From: Clostridiales bacterium | GTDB lineage: Bacteria > Bacillota > Clostridia > Oscillospirales > UBA644 | Assembly: GCA_016281805.1 (NCBI GenBank) | Contig: JAEEJJ010000071.1 | Coordinates: 1-46,434, forward strand | Direction: 5' to 3' | Length of the DNA: 46,434 bases | Translations under genes and position numbers: made by a program | The notes under the pieces: model-generated | Databases searched by the model: none | What the model saw: the letters and a program-made list of their open reading frames with translations, nothing else | Told to the model about the DNA's origin: nothing | Shown here: positions 16,926-27,187 of the stretch, piece by piece | Numbering within the stretch: the stretch's first letter is position 1 | How the letters are laid out: every line of letters begins with the position of its first letter

Positions 16926-16957
16926 GACAAACCCTTTCTCAAACCTACATTAGTGTG

Positions 16958-17383
16958 TCATTGTCCTGCTACAATCTGATGTTCCAATTGTTCCATTGTT
17001 TTTTGAAAGTTGTGTTTAATATCGCATTCCCATACAACTATCACTTGCCAGCCGAGCTCGGTAAGAGCGGTTTGATTTCGGTAGTCGTTCTCTACATTTC
17101 TTTTAAACTTTTCAAGCCAGAATTCCGTGTTTGTTGATGGTGTTGTAGTATATTTGCATCCGTCATGCCGATGCCAAAAACAACCATTTACAAAAACAAC
17201 TGTTTTGTACTTCGGAAGAACTATGTCCGGAGTCCCAGGATATCTTCGATCGTTTGCACGATAACGAAAACCCCTTGAAAATAGATATTTTCTGATTTTT
17301 TCTTCAGTTTTTGTGTTTTTTCCTTTTATTCGGGACATATTGTAACTACGAGTTTCCTTACTATGAACATCCATATCAACCAT
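16958..17383 (-). CDS. vsr: Very-short-patch repair endonuclease (Vsr)
   Basis: The sequences TKTEEKIRKYLFSRGFRYR, PGTPDIVLPKYKTVVFVNGCFWHRH and EFWLEKFKRNVENDYR are classic Vsr. The gene overlaps the dcm stop by 8 nt. Confidence 0.92.
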   Translation of the reverse strand: MVDMDVHSKETRSYNMSRIKGKNTKTEEKIRKYLFSRGFRYRANDRRYPGTPDIVLPKYKTVVFVNGCFWHRHDGCKYTTTPSTNTEFWLEKFKRNVENDYRNQTALTELGWQVIVVWECDIKHNFQKTMEQLEHQIVAGQ

Positions 17384-18647
17384 TCACCTCTTCAAGCTTG
17401 TAAAGCTGATAAAAGAAACCCTCAAGCAGTTTAACTGGGATACTGTTTCCGGCCATTCTGATTATTTTATCGCGAGGGAAAAGGCAACTATGAACTTTGA
17501 CAATTGGATTATTTTCAATTAGTCGCTCATAGTCTCCATCAGTGAATCCCATAAACAATAGACACTCTCTAGGTGTTAAATAACGAAATTTTCCTCTTCC
17601 TTCAATCCCACAGTCAAAATAAATGTTTCCCGAGTTAGGATTGCGATCCTGTTTTGTAGTTATAGTTCGTATATAAGATTCAGTTGTAATCTCATTGGCT
17701 TCGTTGACGATTTTAGGGTTTTCGTTCCATATTTTCCTTCTTGATTCGGTATCATTTGGCGTACATTCAACCGCCTCTTGCCAAAGCTTTGAACCTCTCT
17801 TTTTTGGCAGCCTAAGGAGGTCCTTGACCTTCATATCCTCAAAATACGGCGAGTCGATATAATCATCGACGATACTTTTCGGCGTCATTGAATTCAGTTT
17901 CTTAACAATTGCGTCAGCTTTATCACTGTCATCTCCGACCCAAACGCTTATCATAAGTAATCTTGGACGATTCTGTGGAATGCCAAATTCTTTTGCGTTC
18001 AAAGGAAAGTACCTGCTTTTGTAACCCAAAGCCTCAAGTTCAATTATCCACGTATTGAAATTACCTATATGCCTTGAGGAGAGTAATGTCGGGACATTTT
18101 CCATAACAAGATATCTTGGAAGAATACGGCCTTCCTCTTTCATTTCACCAAGTATTCTTCCGACTTGCCAAAGCAAACTTGAACGGCTTCCGGAAAACCG
18201 GTCTATTCCCTTGTTGTATCCGTGAAAAGCGCCAACATTTGAAAGATCCTGGCACGGAAATGAATATGTTAGAATATCAGTTCCGTCTGGCATATCGCAC
18301 CCTTTTACTTTGCTTACATCGACAAGATTGTTTGTCCGAACAATTGCAGAATAAGTCCTTCGAAGGACTTCAGGCCCATATGCATGGATAGTCTTGCTAT
18401 CCATGGCTGCTTTTCCATCGTTGCTTAAAGTGTAGTCTTTGAGCCTGTTAAAAATCTCATCGTCAGATAATTCATCAACAGTTGAGTCAAGCAGAGTGTT
18501 ATTGTGAATAGCATCGTATGCAATAAAAGCATGAATATCCCATTCACATGTCGCCTGCACATTAATTTTTAACCCAATATTCTTTAATGCCTTAGCCTGA
18601 CTGCCAATACCGCTGAATAGCTCAACTACGTTGTAAACTTCTTTCAT
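17376..18647 (-). CDS. dcm: DNA (cytosine-5)-methyltransferase
   Basis: Motif I is LFSGIGS, motif IV is SFPCQDLS, motif VI is ENVPTL and motif X is GNSIPV. Confidence 0.92.
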   Translation of the reverse strand: MKEVYNVVELFSGIGSQAKALKNIGLKINVQATCEWDIHAFIAYDAIHNNTLLDSTVDELSDDEIFNRLKDYTLSNDGKAAMDSKTIHAYGPEVLRRTYSAIVRTNNLVDVSKVKGCDMPDGTDILTYSFPCQDLSNVGAFHGYNKGIDRFSGSRSSLLWQVGRILGEMKEEGRILPRYLVMENVPTLLSSRHIGNFNTWIIELEALGYKSRYFPLNAKEFGIPQNRPRLLMISVWVGDDSDKADAIVKKLNSMTPKSIVDDYIDSPYFEDMKVKDLLRLPKKRGSKLWQEAVECTPNDTESRRKIWNENPKIVNEANEITTESYIRTITTKQDRNPNSGNIYFDCGIEGRGKFRYLTPRECLLFMGFTDGDYERLIENNPIVKVHSCLFPRDKIIRMAGNSIPVKLLEGFFYQLYKLEEVNG

Positions 18648-18656
18648 ATATCACCA

Positions 18657-20753
18657 TTAGACCAGAACGCCTGCATTATCAAGCTTTGTTCTGATTTTCC
18701 AAATGAAATTTGCTTGTTTTTCTGAAGGAACTTTTAATCCCTTCCCGAAACTGATTGCCAGTTTTAAAAGATCCATTTCCTGGGGCGAGAGAATACGCCG
18801 TTTAGTTCCTTCAGCAAGCAGGTTCTCCCAGTACTCGCTGCCAAGATTATAGATCTCAACCATACAGTTGACCTTATTTTCCAGCTTCTTTTCTTTGATT
18901 TCGCCTCTTATCTTTTCATCGATAATATCCTTTGAAACGATATCGGCGAGAAACTCACGATCAAGACTTATGGAAAGAGCCTGATATTTCTTCCACGTCT
19001 CTTCTTTTTTGCAGTACTCGGTTACTATGACGCCGCTCGATTTCTGAATGAACTCGTTGGTAATATACGCTATTTTTTCAATCTGCTTGTTCAGGGAAGG
19101 ATATAGTTCCTGTTTCTTCCATATCTGGCCGTAATCGAGCGTATATCCCCTTGGTATGGAGCTGATCAGTTTTGATATCGTATATGGCACTATATTTAGT
19201 TTGTATCCACCGACATTGTACCAGTTGGCCTTACTGACAATCCTGTCAGTGGCTCTGAACAGGATCACGTAGCAGATTGCCAGCTTGTAAAACTCATCAT
19301 TGAAGTACTCCGGAGTGTTTTGGTATTTTCCGTCGATATATTCGGCAAAAAACGACATGCATTTTTCGGAACCTTTGCTGACCACATCAGGACGAAGTAA
19401 ATCTGCACAAGTGAAGTATTTGGCCAGTTCCTCTTTTTTGACGACCTGACTCTTCGGGTACTTTCTGACATATGCGTCTTTTTCGCTTTTCTTCGTGAAT
19501 TTGAATTGTTCCTGTTCGTATTTTCCTCTAGATCTTTCATAATACCAGAAAGTATTATTGACAAAATCACCGTGCGCTGGCGCCTGATTCTTCTTTGACA
19601 AAGCCTCAAAGGTGCGATGGAAAGGATGGTTGGAGAACAGATCCGAATCTTTAACCTTGTTCTGGCTGTTTGCATATTTGGAAATGTTCTGAATCATTGT
19701 ATCGTAATCATCGTCTTTGACTACGGTCAATTTCATGGGTACAAAAATGTTATCAAGGGGCAATTTGTCCTTGAGTACGGCTGATGTTAGTGAGGCGGTG
19801 GTTTGGCCACCGTTAATAATTTGCAGATCCTCCATGTTGACAATTGTTCTTCCGTCATCGCTTACAACAACTTTGGAGGCTGTGCATGCGATACCATTGT
19901 TATATGTAAAGAACTTAGTGGGTTCTTTCCGGATTGTTTCCCGAATTCCTTTGTTTATCTTACCTCTGTTGCTCAGGAATGCGCGAACATTTCCCTCCAA
20001 CAGCCTGGATCCATGCTCATAATAGATTTCATGTAAAAACTTCCCAGGAACGATAGCCAGATAAGCATCATAATCCAGGTTCCCGGACATCTCAGCTTTA
20101 ATGCAGGGGATCCCATTCACGCCATATTTTTCGACATCAATAATGATCGGTTCGCGGTCGCGCCCGGATTCATAGAGGTCATAAAACCTTTTTATGCTCC
20201 AAACGTTTAATTCGACCTTTTTGCCGCAGAAATCATCGCTTCGGAAAGAAGTAACCTTATCACTAAGGGCTTTGTTTGTAACAATGAAGAGCTTTATCTG
20301 GTTGATCGAATCATCGTTTTCCAGATCAACATAATCGATCTTCATTCTTTTTCCTATACTTCGACCTACAATCAGCATTTCATCGGTGATGTCAAAATAA
20401 TCTCCGAGCTTTTCGTCGTAGGCTTCCTGAAGAAAGTTAAGCATACGGACTTTGATGGTCTCTATTTCTGTTCTTGTAAGAGTGGCATCCGCAACATCCT
20501 TATAGTCATTTGCAATCAAAACAACGGACTTGTCAGAGTCATCAAACCCAAATGCATCGAAAGACATAATACGCCCGTTACGGCATTTCTTTTGAGTTGG
20601 TTTAATCCTCGGATCAACCAGTTCCCCCATACTTGTAAGCTTATCCAGCGTATCAGTCAGAAAGTACTCATCAGGAAGAGTTCCTTCTATCTGGGCATTA
20701 AGCCGTATGTCTTCAAGATATTCCTGCCTGTATTCATCAAAACTGGTCGCCAT
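18657..20753 (-). CDS. AIPR-family (abortive-infection phage-resistance) protein
   Basis: The 698-aa protein has the central IINGGQTT motif typical of AIPR proteins. An AAGGAG RBS is present, and the gene belongs to the GHKL/Z1/PD(D/E)XK/Dcm cluster. Confidence 0.75.
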   Translation of the reverse strand: MATSFDEYRQEYLEDIRLNAQIEGTLPDEYFLTDTLDKLTSMGELVDPRIKPTQKKCRNGRIMSFDAFGFDDSDKSVVLIANDYKDVADATLTRTEIETIKVRMLNFLQEAYDEKLGDYFDITDEMLIVGRSIGKRMKIDYVDLENDDSINQIKLFIVTNKALSDKVTSFRSDDFCGKKVELNVWSIKRFYDLYESGRDREPIIIDVEKYGVNGIPCIKAEMSGNLDYDAYLAIVPGKFLHEIYYEHGSRLLEGNVRAFLSNRGKINKGIRETIRKEPTKFFTYNNGIACTASKVVVSDDGRTIVNMEDLQIINGGQTTASLTSAVLKDKLPLDNIFVPMKLTVVKDDDYDTMIQNISKYANSQNKVKDSDLFSNHPFHRTFEALSKKNQAPAHGDFVNNTFWYYERSRGKYEQEQFKFTKKSEKDAYVRKYPKSQVVKKEELAKYFTCADLLRPDVVSKGSEKCMSFFAEYIDGKYQNTPEYFNDEFYKLAICYVILFRATDRIVSKANWYNVGGYKLNIVPYTISKLISSIPRGYTLDYGQIWKKQELYPSLNKQIEKIAYITNEFIQKSSGVIVTEYCKKEETWKKYQALSISLDREFLADIVSKDIIDEKIRGEIKEKKLENKVNCMVEIYNLGSEYWENLLAEGTKRRILSPQEMDLLKLAISFGKGLKVPSEKQANFIWKIRTKLDNAGVLV

Positions 20754-20757
20754 AGTC

Positions 20758-21669
20758 TCACTCCTTGAATTTTTGTATTGACGAAATCAAAACTTCATAC
20801 TGCACCTTTGCCACACCGTTGGGCAGCATCTCGGCTTTGATTCTGGGAAAATCACTTTTTACCTGGTAGATGTCTTTCGAGACGTAATTGTACATATAAT
20901 TGTCATATACCTCGTTAAATGAATACCCGGCTTGTTTGAGTTTTTCAAAGAATATATCTCGGTCTGATTCAAGTTGCAGCATATCCATAACCTGCTTTAC
21001 GGTTTCATTCAGAGATATGCCCTTGAAACTCGGACTCATCTTTTCAAGTGAGTAAACGACCAGTCTGCCTTCTGTATCTCCATCGAGCTGTTCGATCGAT
21101 GAAATGCTTATTGTTTTCTTGAAAGTGTTTAAGGTTTTGATTTCGAACCATGAATCCATAAAGGAAAAATCTTTATGAGTTGGTTCCGGACCGCTCCATC
21201 CGTTCAGGCCCATAGTTGTGCCATATTTGTCGATGGCATATTCTTTCAAAAACAACAGTTCTCCAATCAGCCCCATAATCTCATTTTCGCTTAACAGTTT
21301 TGAAGAATTGGTAAACATTTTCTTCCATTGGTTGTAGCGATTGACAATTTCAATATAGCCATCTGATTCTGTTGTATTTGCGGTCTGGTTGATAATGTCC
21401 TCACAGAAACTGTAGAACAAAGTCAAGTTGTCAGATGAATTAAAGCAGAAGAGGAGAGAGTTATAGTTCGTCGTTCTCACCTGCTTGACCTCAAGCATTC
21501 CATTTCCTATAACTTTTACAGGCTGGAAAAAACCGTTATAGCGCAATGTAGGATTGCCTTTTTCATTTTTTCCGAGATACAGCTCTAAGGGATGTGTATC
21601 GTAAACTCTCACATATTCAGAATTGTTATGGACTGAACTCAACTTTTCCCTCACTTCATTCTCATTCAT
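20758..21669 (-). CDS. PD-(D/E)XK motif protein of the Z1/AIPR cluster
   Basis: A candidate D...E-x-K motif lies in HKDFSFMDSWFEIKT. The ATG at 21669 overlaps the Z1 stop (ATGAATGA), and the track start at 21705 is an alternative. Confidence 0.6.
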   Translation of the reverse strand: MNENEVREKLSSVHNNSEYVRVYDTHPLELYLGKNEKGNPTLRYNGFFQPVKVIGNGMLEVKQVRTTNYNSLLFCFNSSDNLTLFYSFCEDIINQTANTTESDGYIEIVNRYNQWKKMFTNSSKLLSENEIMGLIGELLFLKEYAIDKYGTTMGLNGWSGPEPTHKDFSFMDSWFEIKTLNTFKKTISISSIEQLDGDTEGRLVVYSLEKMSPSFKGISLNETVKQVMDMLQLESDRDIFFEKLKQAGYSFNEVYDNYMYNYVSKDIYQVKSDFPRIKAEMLPNGVAKVQYEVLISSIQKFKE

Positions 21670-24433
21670 TTCCCTCGTCTCCTTCATCGTCGTGATCTTT
21701 CTCAAAGTAGTTAACCATCTTATTTACAGTGTAAGTGATATTTTCTCCTGTGGCACCATCTTTGTGAGGAAATCCGATAGCATAGCCCACAAGGTAATTG
21801 TACCTCCGGTTCAGAAGTTCCCGTTTAACACGTATTTCTTCCTTCCTGTCTGAAATGCTGGAGTGAATTTCCTCATTGGACATGTCGGTATTATCAATGT
21901 GGACAAAGTAAAATATCAGCAACGGATTACGCCCTTTGATAAGATAATCCTGGGCTTTTATTCGTTCACCGGTTGGAATCTCGTTGCGAGAAAGACCATT
22001 TTTCGCGTCTGCGGGGCCTCCAAGTCTGGTACGCTGGCCACTCATTCTAATTATGCTTGTTTCACCTTCTGGAATATCGAAATTACGATAGACAAGCGGA
22101 ACGTCGATGCCGAGCTTTTCAAATGTAAATCTTCGTGGACTGTCTTTCTGCCCTCCCATAATCAAGACGTCGAAATTATCGAGTTCGTGATCGTTGCGGC
22201 CAAGAAACTTCAGGAGTTGCTTTGTGTCGAAATTTTCATTCAGTTTATGTACCGAAATGGACTGTAAAAGTTTTATCACCTGTGCCTTAGGGATCGATGT
22301 GTAATATGGGTGATTTACTCCTTCTTTTCTTTGAGTTGCTGAAATGGTTCCAAGAAATTCGAGAGTTGACCTAATATTCCTGTCTATTACATCCAAATCA
22401 CTGTGAAGATATGGAGTCTCAAAAATGTTCCCGTAAAACGATTTCCTGTATACCTGCTTTTTCGTATTACGACTCTTATTAGCAGCAGTAATGCCAAGAT
22501 CTATTGAATCATTTCTGACACGAATACCGTAGTCCTCGGGCTTTTTGTGCTGTAGCTCCATTGCTTTGATATCTTTCCGGAGATCTTCGATGGATTCGCA
22601 TATATATCTGTAATACGATGCAGATTCTTTTGTGATATAAATTTTGCATATGTCGGCATACCCTTCGCGATATCCGAACCACCGCCCCATCTGCATCAGA
22701 ACATCAAATGTTGAAGTGTTCCGGTAGAAATAACTGACTATCAGTCCTTCAAGTGTAAGCCCTCTGGACAAAGCTAATCCCCCGATTGCAATAACGCGCA
22801 ATCCTGTTGATTTGTATTTGTCATAGTTCAATTTGGCAGATTGTTTTGAGGAGTTTACAACGACAATCTCAACATCCTTAATTGAGTCGAACATCTCTCT
22901 GAGAACTGTTTCAAAAGTCAGCTTAGTACCATTGCAGATAATATTCCCATATTCTTTATCAAATGATGCTTTCAACGATTCTATGATCGGATTTGTCAGT
23001 GCATAAGCTAAATCCAGTTTTCTGGTCTGTTTCACCGCATTTCTCAGTTGTCCATAATACTCATCTACAATATCCTTTATTACAGATTGAACTCTTGTGA
23101 ATCGGGTCATATTGATCAACATGGAACGATTAGTTCTTTTGTTTATGTCCCGCAAGTCACGAATTACATTAGAGATCATAAACGTATTGATCGCATGATA
23201 AAGTGAATCAAACAATCTGTCGCCAGTCCACTCCTTTTTGTGCTTCATTGGGAATACGTTTTCATCATAGTCCGTAATGTATCTTACATTGTCATTAGCA
23301 CTGAAGAAATACTTTCTTGATCCACAGTAGTTTGAAGGCGCTTCAAGAGAATAAATAAAATCTCTCGGAAACAAGTCGTCCTTCAGCATTTCGTCCTCAC
23401 TACTATAGCTTATAAAAACATTGGCAAATGGAGTCGCTGTAAAACCAACATAGCTGTTTTTAGTGAACAACGATAGAATATTACGGATATATCGGTTTAT
23501 TGTTGTCGGATCATCTTCAGGCTTGTGTGTGTTGATGCTGGCATTATCGGCTTCGTCGTCGATTAGCAACATAGGCGCATCAATTTTATCATACAGTTTA
23601 TTTGTATTAATGTTTTTTAGAGAGGTATAAATCTTTTTTAAAACGGCGCTGTTCTTCTTGACGACAAAAATCATCGGTTCACTCGGGTAACTGCTGATTT
23701 TATAAGTGGTATTCTGATCATCTCCGGCGACAAAATCTTTATCTCTGCTGGTGAATGACTTCGGTGTGCGCTCTCCACGCCCGACGCCTACATCCATGGC
23801 GTTTGTTACGTCATATCCAACAAACCCTTCTTCAACACGTTCTTGTGTTTGTTTTCTTAAGCTTTCAATAGTGCCAGTTAAAACAAAAATAACTCTGTAT
23901 CCCGCGTCAGCTGCTCGAGTTAACAGACCAAGGTAATTAGATGTCTTTCCGGACTGGACATCTCCTACAACTAATCCGCGCACAGAGAATGCACTTTCAG
24001 AATCGTTAGGATTGCCGAGATATGACATTAAGCTTGTAAGAGTTTTTTCTTCAAGTGTTTTTATTACTTCTGGCGCAAAATGTTTTTGCGTAGCAAGGTA
24101 ATGCTTATATCTTTCCCAATAATACTCGTCAAGTCCACTGCTCAGAAGGTTATCAAACCAGGTGTAATCATGGTCATAATCTCCGAGAATAGCATGTCCT
24201 TCTTCCTGATAAATGGAATGAATGGATTTGATTTTGTTTGTCACTATAGACTTTTCTTCTTCATTCAGTTCTATTTCAGGGAGATATTGAAAATACATAG
24301 ATCTCGTCTTTTCAATCGACTCAACTATGCTTTGCTCATCCGGAATATAAAATGGATTGCTGATTTTTCTGACAGCAATATCATTACCATACTGTGAAAC
24401 ATAAATGTCTAATATTTCTTCTCTACTTTTCAT
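21662..24433 (-). CDS. Z1-domain SF2-type NTPase
   Basis: The 923-aa protein has Walker A GDVQSGKTSNYLGL and Walker B LLIDDEADNAS. The C-terminal helicase-like and Z1 region carries GLALSRGLTLEGL...MQMGRWFGYR. Confidence 0.75.
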   Translation of the reverse strand: MKSREEILDIYVSQYGNDIAVRKISNPFYIPDEQSIVESIEKTRSMYFQYLPEIELNEEEKSIVTNKIKSIHSIYQEEGHAILGDYDHDYTWFDNLLSSGLDEYYWERYKHYLATQKHFAPEVIKTLEEKTLTSLMSYLGNPNDSESAFSVRGLVVGDVQSGKTSNYLGLLTRAADAGYRVIFVLTGTIESLRKQTQERVEEGFVGYDVTNAMDVGVGRGERTPKSFTSRDKDFVAGDDQNTTYKISSYPSEPMIFVVKKNSAVLKKIYTSLKNINTNKLYDKIDAPMLLIDDEADNASINTHKPEDDPTTINRYIRNILSLFTKNSYVGFTATPFANVFISYSSEDEMLKDDLFPRDFIYSLEAPSNYCGSRKYFFSANDNVRYITDYDENVFPMKHKKEWTGDRLFDSLYHAINTFMISNVIRDLRDINKRTNRSMLINMTRFTRVQSVIKDIVDEYYGQLRNAVKQTRKLDLAYALTNPIIESLKASFDKEYGNIICNGTKLTFETVLREMFDSIKDVEIVVVNSSKQSAKLNYDKYKSTGLRVIAIGGLALSRGLTLEGLIVSYFYRNTSTFDVLMQMGRWFGYREGYADICKIYITKESASYYRYICESIEDLRKDIKAMELQHKKPEDYGIRVRNDSIDLGITAANKSRNTKKQVYRKSFYGNIFETPYLHSDLDVIDRNIRSTLEFLGTISATQRKEGVNHPYYTSIPKAQVIKLLQSISVHKLNENFDTKQLLKFLGRNDHELDNFDVLIMGGQKDSPRRFTFEKLGIDVPLVYRNFDIPEGETSIIRMSGQRTRLGGPADAKNGLSRNEIPTGERIKAQDYLIKGRNPLLIFYFVHIDNTDMSNEEIHSSISDRKEEIRVKRELLNRRYNYLVGYAIGFPHKDGATGENITYTVNKMVNYFEKDHDDEGDEGNE

Positions 24434-25901
24434 TTTGAATTATCTCCCAGATACGGTTCGAAACCTGGCTGTTATTGTAAGGCTCGTTTTTAGTCAGGAC
24501 TCGGAACACTTCCTCATCACTTTTCTGTATAATGCCCTTTATTCTTCTAAACTGAGCAAGCCCTTCCACTACAATCGAGTCAAACTGAGAATCGGTTATA
24601 GCTGTCTCATTTCTTTTGTTGCAAATGGATGTGTATATATCATCGAACGGAATTGCTGTAGAAACGACATCGATAAAGTTTATTATCTTGTTACGGTCGC
24701 TGTCCTCGAATTCGTCAAGAAAGGATCTGACAAATTCCGAATCTTTGTTAATATAATAGACTTCTTTGCCGTTTTTACTAAGACTCTTGTTCCATATCTT
24801 GCTGTTGTCCTTTTCCAGCGTTAATTTTGCGCGTTTTGTCGATTTTTCACTCGATCTGGAATTAACATCACTGACAGCCTTTTTCAGGTTGTTGAGTATT
24901 TGCTTGGGTATGGTGGCGTTTTGTTTTTTTATATCGATATCCCAGACATCATCAAGTGCATTTGGGATATCAACTTTAATTCGGCCGTATTTCAAGAGTT
25001 CAGAGCTTATATTGGCTGAAGCGAGTCTAAACCATGTTCCATGAATGATCAGTCGGTCATTTCTGTAAATATAGAATCCCTGTCCGCCTCTTAACGACTC
25101 TATTCCACCTATTTTTTCAATGTCTTCTGCAGACAGATCTGACTGATGAGGGAGGATATATGGCTGCACTTTTATTATTTCGCCGTTTAACGTGAGATCG
25201 CTTGATTTTTTTGTATCTGTTTTGGGATGATCCTCAAGAAAAGGATCAACCGGGATAACGGGATCGTTGTTGATGAATATCCTGAACGGTTTGAATCTGT
25301 TTGACAAAAACCTGTGAAAGACCAATGCAAGGTGTTTCTCTGCCTCATCAACTTCATCCGACAGATACTCCCTCACCCGACCATTGCTTTTTCTGAAGGC
25401 AATATCAAAGTTTTGCCAGACAACCATTGTCCCTTCTGGCATTTTGTTAAACTTATCAAAATTAGGAATCTGAGAATAATCATCCGATTCCAGGTAAATA
25501 CAATCCCATTTCTTAGAGGATTCTACGGCGTCTAAGTCCCATTTATAGCCAGAGACTGTCGAGTTCATTTTAGACAGGACGGTGAGAACTCTGCATTGAG
25601 AAAGTGAAGCGGACTTTAAACCAAGCCCGAATCTCCCAAGATCAGTTTCAGAATACTTCCGGTCACTACCATATTTCATGGCATTAAAAAGATCATCGTC
25701 GCTCATACCACTGCCATCATCTATGATGGAAATGAACAAGTTATCATCGTTAATTGGAACGTTAATATAAACGTTTTTAGCCCCAGCTGAGATAGAATTA
25801 TCAATAATATCTGCAAGAGCAGTTTTAAATGAGTATCCAATTGATCTCATCGAGTTCATCAATATAGATGGAGCGGGAGTGTTCTGAATCGTTTTTGCCA
25901 T
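24423..25901 (-). CDS. GHKL (HATPase_c_3, MutL/MORC-like) ATPase
   Basis: The N box is ADIIDNSISAGA, G1 is DDGSGM and G2 is GRFGLGLKSAS. This is the first gene of a six-gene overlapping cluster, and it ends in TAG. Confidence 0.8.
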   Translation of the reverse strand: MAKTIQNTPAPSILMNSMRSIGYSFKTALADIIDNSISAGAKNVYINVPINDDNLFISIIDDGSGMSDDDLFNAMKYGSDRKYSETDLGRFGLGLKSASLSQCRVLTVLSKMNSTVSGYKWDLDAVESSKKWDCIYLESDDYSQIPNFDKFNKMPEGTMVVWQNFDIAFRKSNGRVREYLSDEVDEAEKHLALVFHRFLSNRFKPFRIFINNDPVIPVDPFLEDHPKTDTKKSSDLTLNGEIIKVQPYILPHQSDLSAEDIEKIGGIESLRGGQGFYIYRNDRLIIHGTWFRLASANISSELLKYGRIKVDIPNALDDVWDIDIKKQNATIPKQILNNLKKAVSDVNSRSSEKSTKRAKLTLEKDNSKIWNKSLSKNGKEVYYINKDSEFVRSFLDEFEDSDRNKIINFIDVVSTAIPFDDIYTSICNKRNETAITDSQFDSIVVEGLAQFRRIKGIIQKSDEEVFRVLTKNEPYNNSQVSNRIWEIIQNEK

Positions 25902-25968
25902 ATCTTAAATCCTCTAAGTTTGTTTGTATTAGCTGACTGCAATTCGCAAGAACTCTAAAAAATGCAAA

Positions 25969-27078
25969 TTAGGCTTGGCTTTGGGCTTGTTCTATCCTAA
26001 AAACAAAATCGAGCATATCACCTTCGATACTTTTCCATTCGTCATTAAGATTGATGGTTTTGATTATAATAGGCGTTCCCTCAATAGGATGAACCTTTCC
26101 ACGTTTTAGATCGTTGGTAACCATTGGATAAATCAAAGCCCCAACTTTTTTGCCAGAAAATTCGCTGTCTATAAGGTAACCTCTAATTTGGTTCAGATGT
26201 CCTGTTCGTGTCCTTTGATCATTTTGATTCATGTACGCATCAACAAAGGTCTGCTTGTAGTATTTGGCGTCAAAAATCATTTGAAGATTTAGGTCACGGT
26301 TTTCAATAACAATGTCAGTACGCCTGTCGCCTGGGTCAACATCAACATCAAAAGCACCGCCCCAAATATCCGTAGCATCTTCCGCAATATGCCAGTTGAT
26401 TTTGGGGGCATGAACCCTGTATGTATCTTTGCTAAGATGAAGAGCATAGAAGTTCAGAATGAACAACTCAAACACTTTATGCATCTGTTCTTGCCGGAAG
26501 AAATCCTTAAAAGTGTTTTGACCGTCTTCCTCGTTTACAACTGTATTGTCATATAGCATGATGGCGATATTGATTAGAAGCTTATATGTAATGTTGTTGC
26601 GATTGAAGACCAGTTTCAACCTGTTTTCTTTTGTTGGGGGAACGCTATCGATGCCACCAAAGAATGCTCTCTGTTTCTTCAATTCTTTTTTCGTAATGGC
26701 ACTTACATTTGGATTCCGAATCAACGCATCGATGGTGTATTTCAGTATTTGATTGAAAACATCATTTGGAGAATACTCATCATATTCACAGGCTAGGCGT
26801 TTTTTTTGCATTGATAGGGTCGCGATGCTTCTTTGCACAGATATTTTTCCGCGAACCGTTGCGAGTTCGTCCGTCTGTTCAATGTATGATCTATGGAAGC
26901 CAGACCTAATTATCTTACCGATTCCATACGAAAAAACGCGCGACAAAAGATTATATGCATCGTCATAGTCGTCACTTCCAACTTTAACATCATCCATGAT
27001 AGCAAGGACATTCCATGCATAACAGAGCATATAGAATAGGTTTTTAATTGGAATTTGTGTCTTGCGATCGCTACTCAT
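25969..27078 (-). CDS. mcrC: McrC-family restriction nuclease subunit
   Basis: The PD-(D/E)XK core RTDIVIENRDLNLQMIFDAKYY is typical of McrC. The gene starts 4 nt after the end of the extended mcrB frame. Confidence 0.8.
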   Translation of the reverse strand: MSSDRKTQIPIKNLFYMLCYAWNVLAIMDDVKVGSDDYDDAYNLLSRVFSYGIGKIIRSGFHRSYIEQTDELATVRGKISVQRSIATLSMQKKRLACEYDEYSPNDVFNQILKYTIDALIRNPNVSAITKKELKKQRAFFGGIDSVPPTKENRLKLVFNRNNITYKLLINIAIMLYDNTVVNEEDGQNTFKDFFRQEQMHKVFELFILNFYALHLSKDTYRVHAPKINWHIAEDATDIWGGAFDVDVDPGDRRTDIVIENRDLNLQMIFDAKYYKQTFVDAYMNQNDQRTRTGHLNQIRGYLIDSEFSGKKVGALIYPMVTNDLKRGKVHPIEGTPIIIKTINLNDEWKSIEGDMLDFVFRIEQAQSQA

Positions 27079-27082
27079 ACCA

Positions 27083-27187
27083 TCAGTCCTTCAAAAGATC
27101 TTTTTTACAATCTTCCGCTTTATTCTTGTCGTCCCACCAGTATTCATCCAGTAGCGGAGCCACTTCGTATTTGATGATGGCTTTGTA
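27083..27187 (-). other. mcrB: In-frame continuation of mcrB beyond an internal TAG (34 codons encoding the conserved McrB C-terminus)
   Basis: Reading through the TAG at 27188-27190 in the same frame gives YKAIIKYEVAPLLDEYWWDDKNKAEDCKKDLLKD, then a TGA at 27083-27085. That stop lies 4 nt before the mcrC ATG (27078). Confidence 0.7.
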
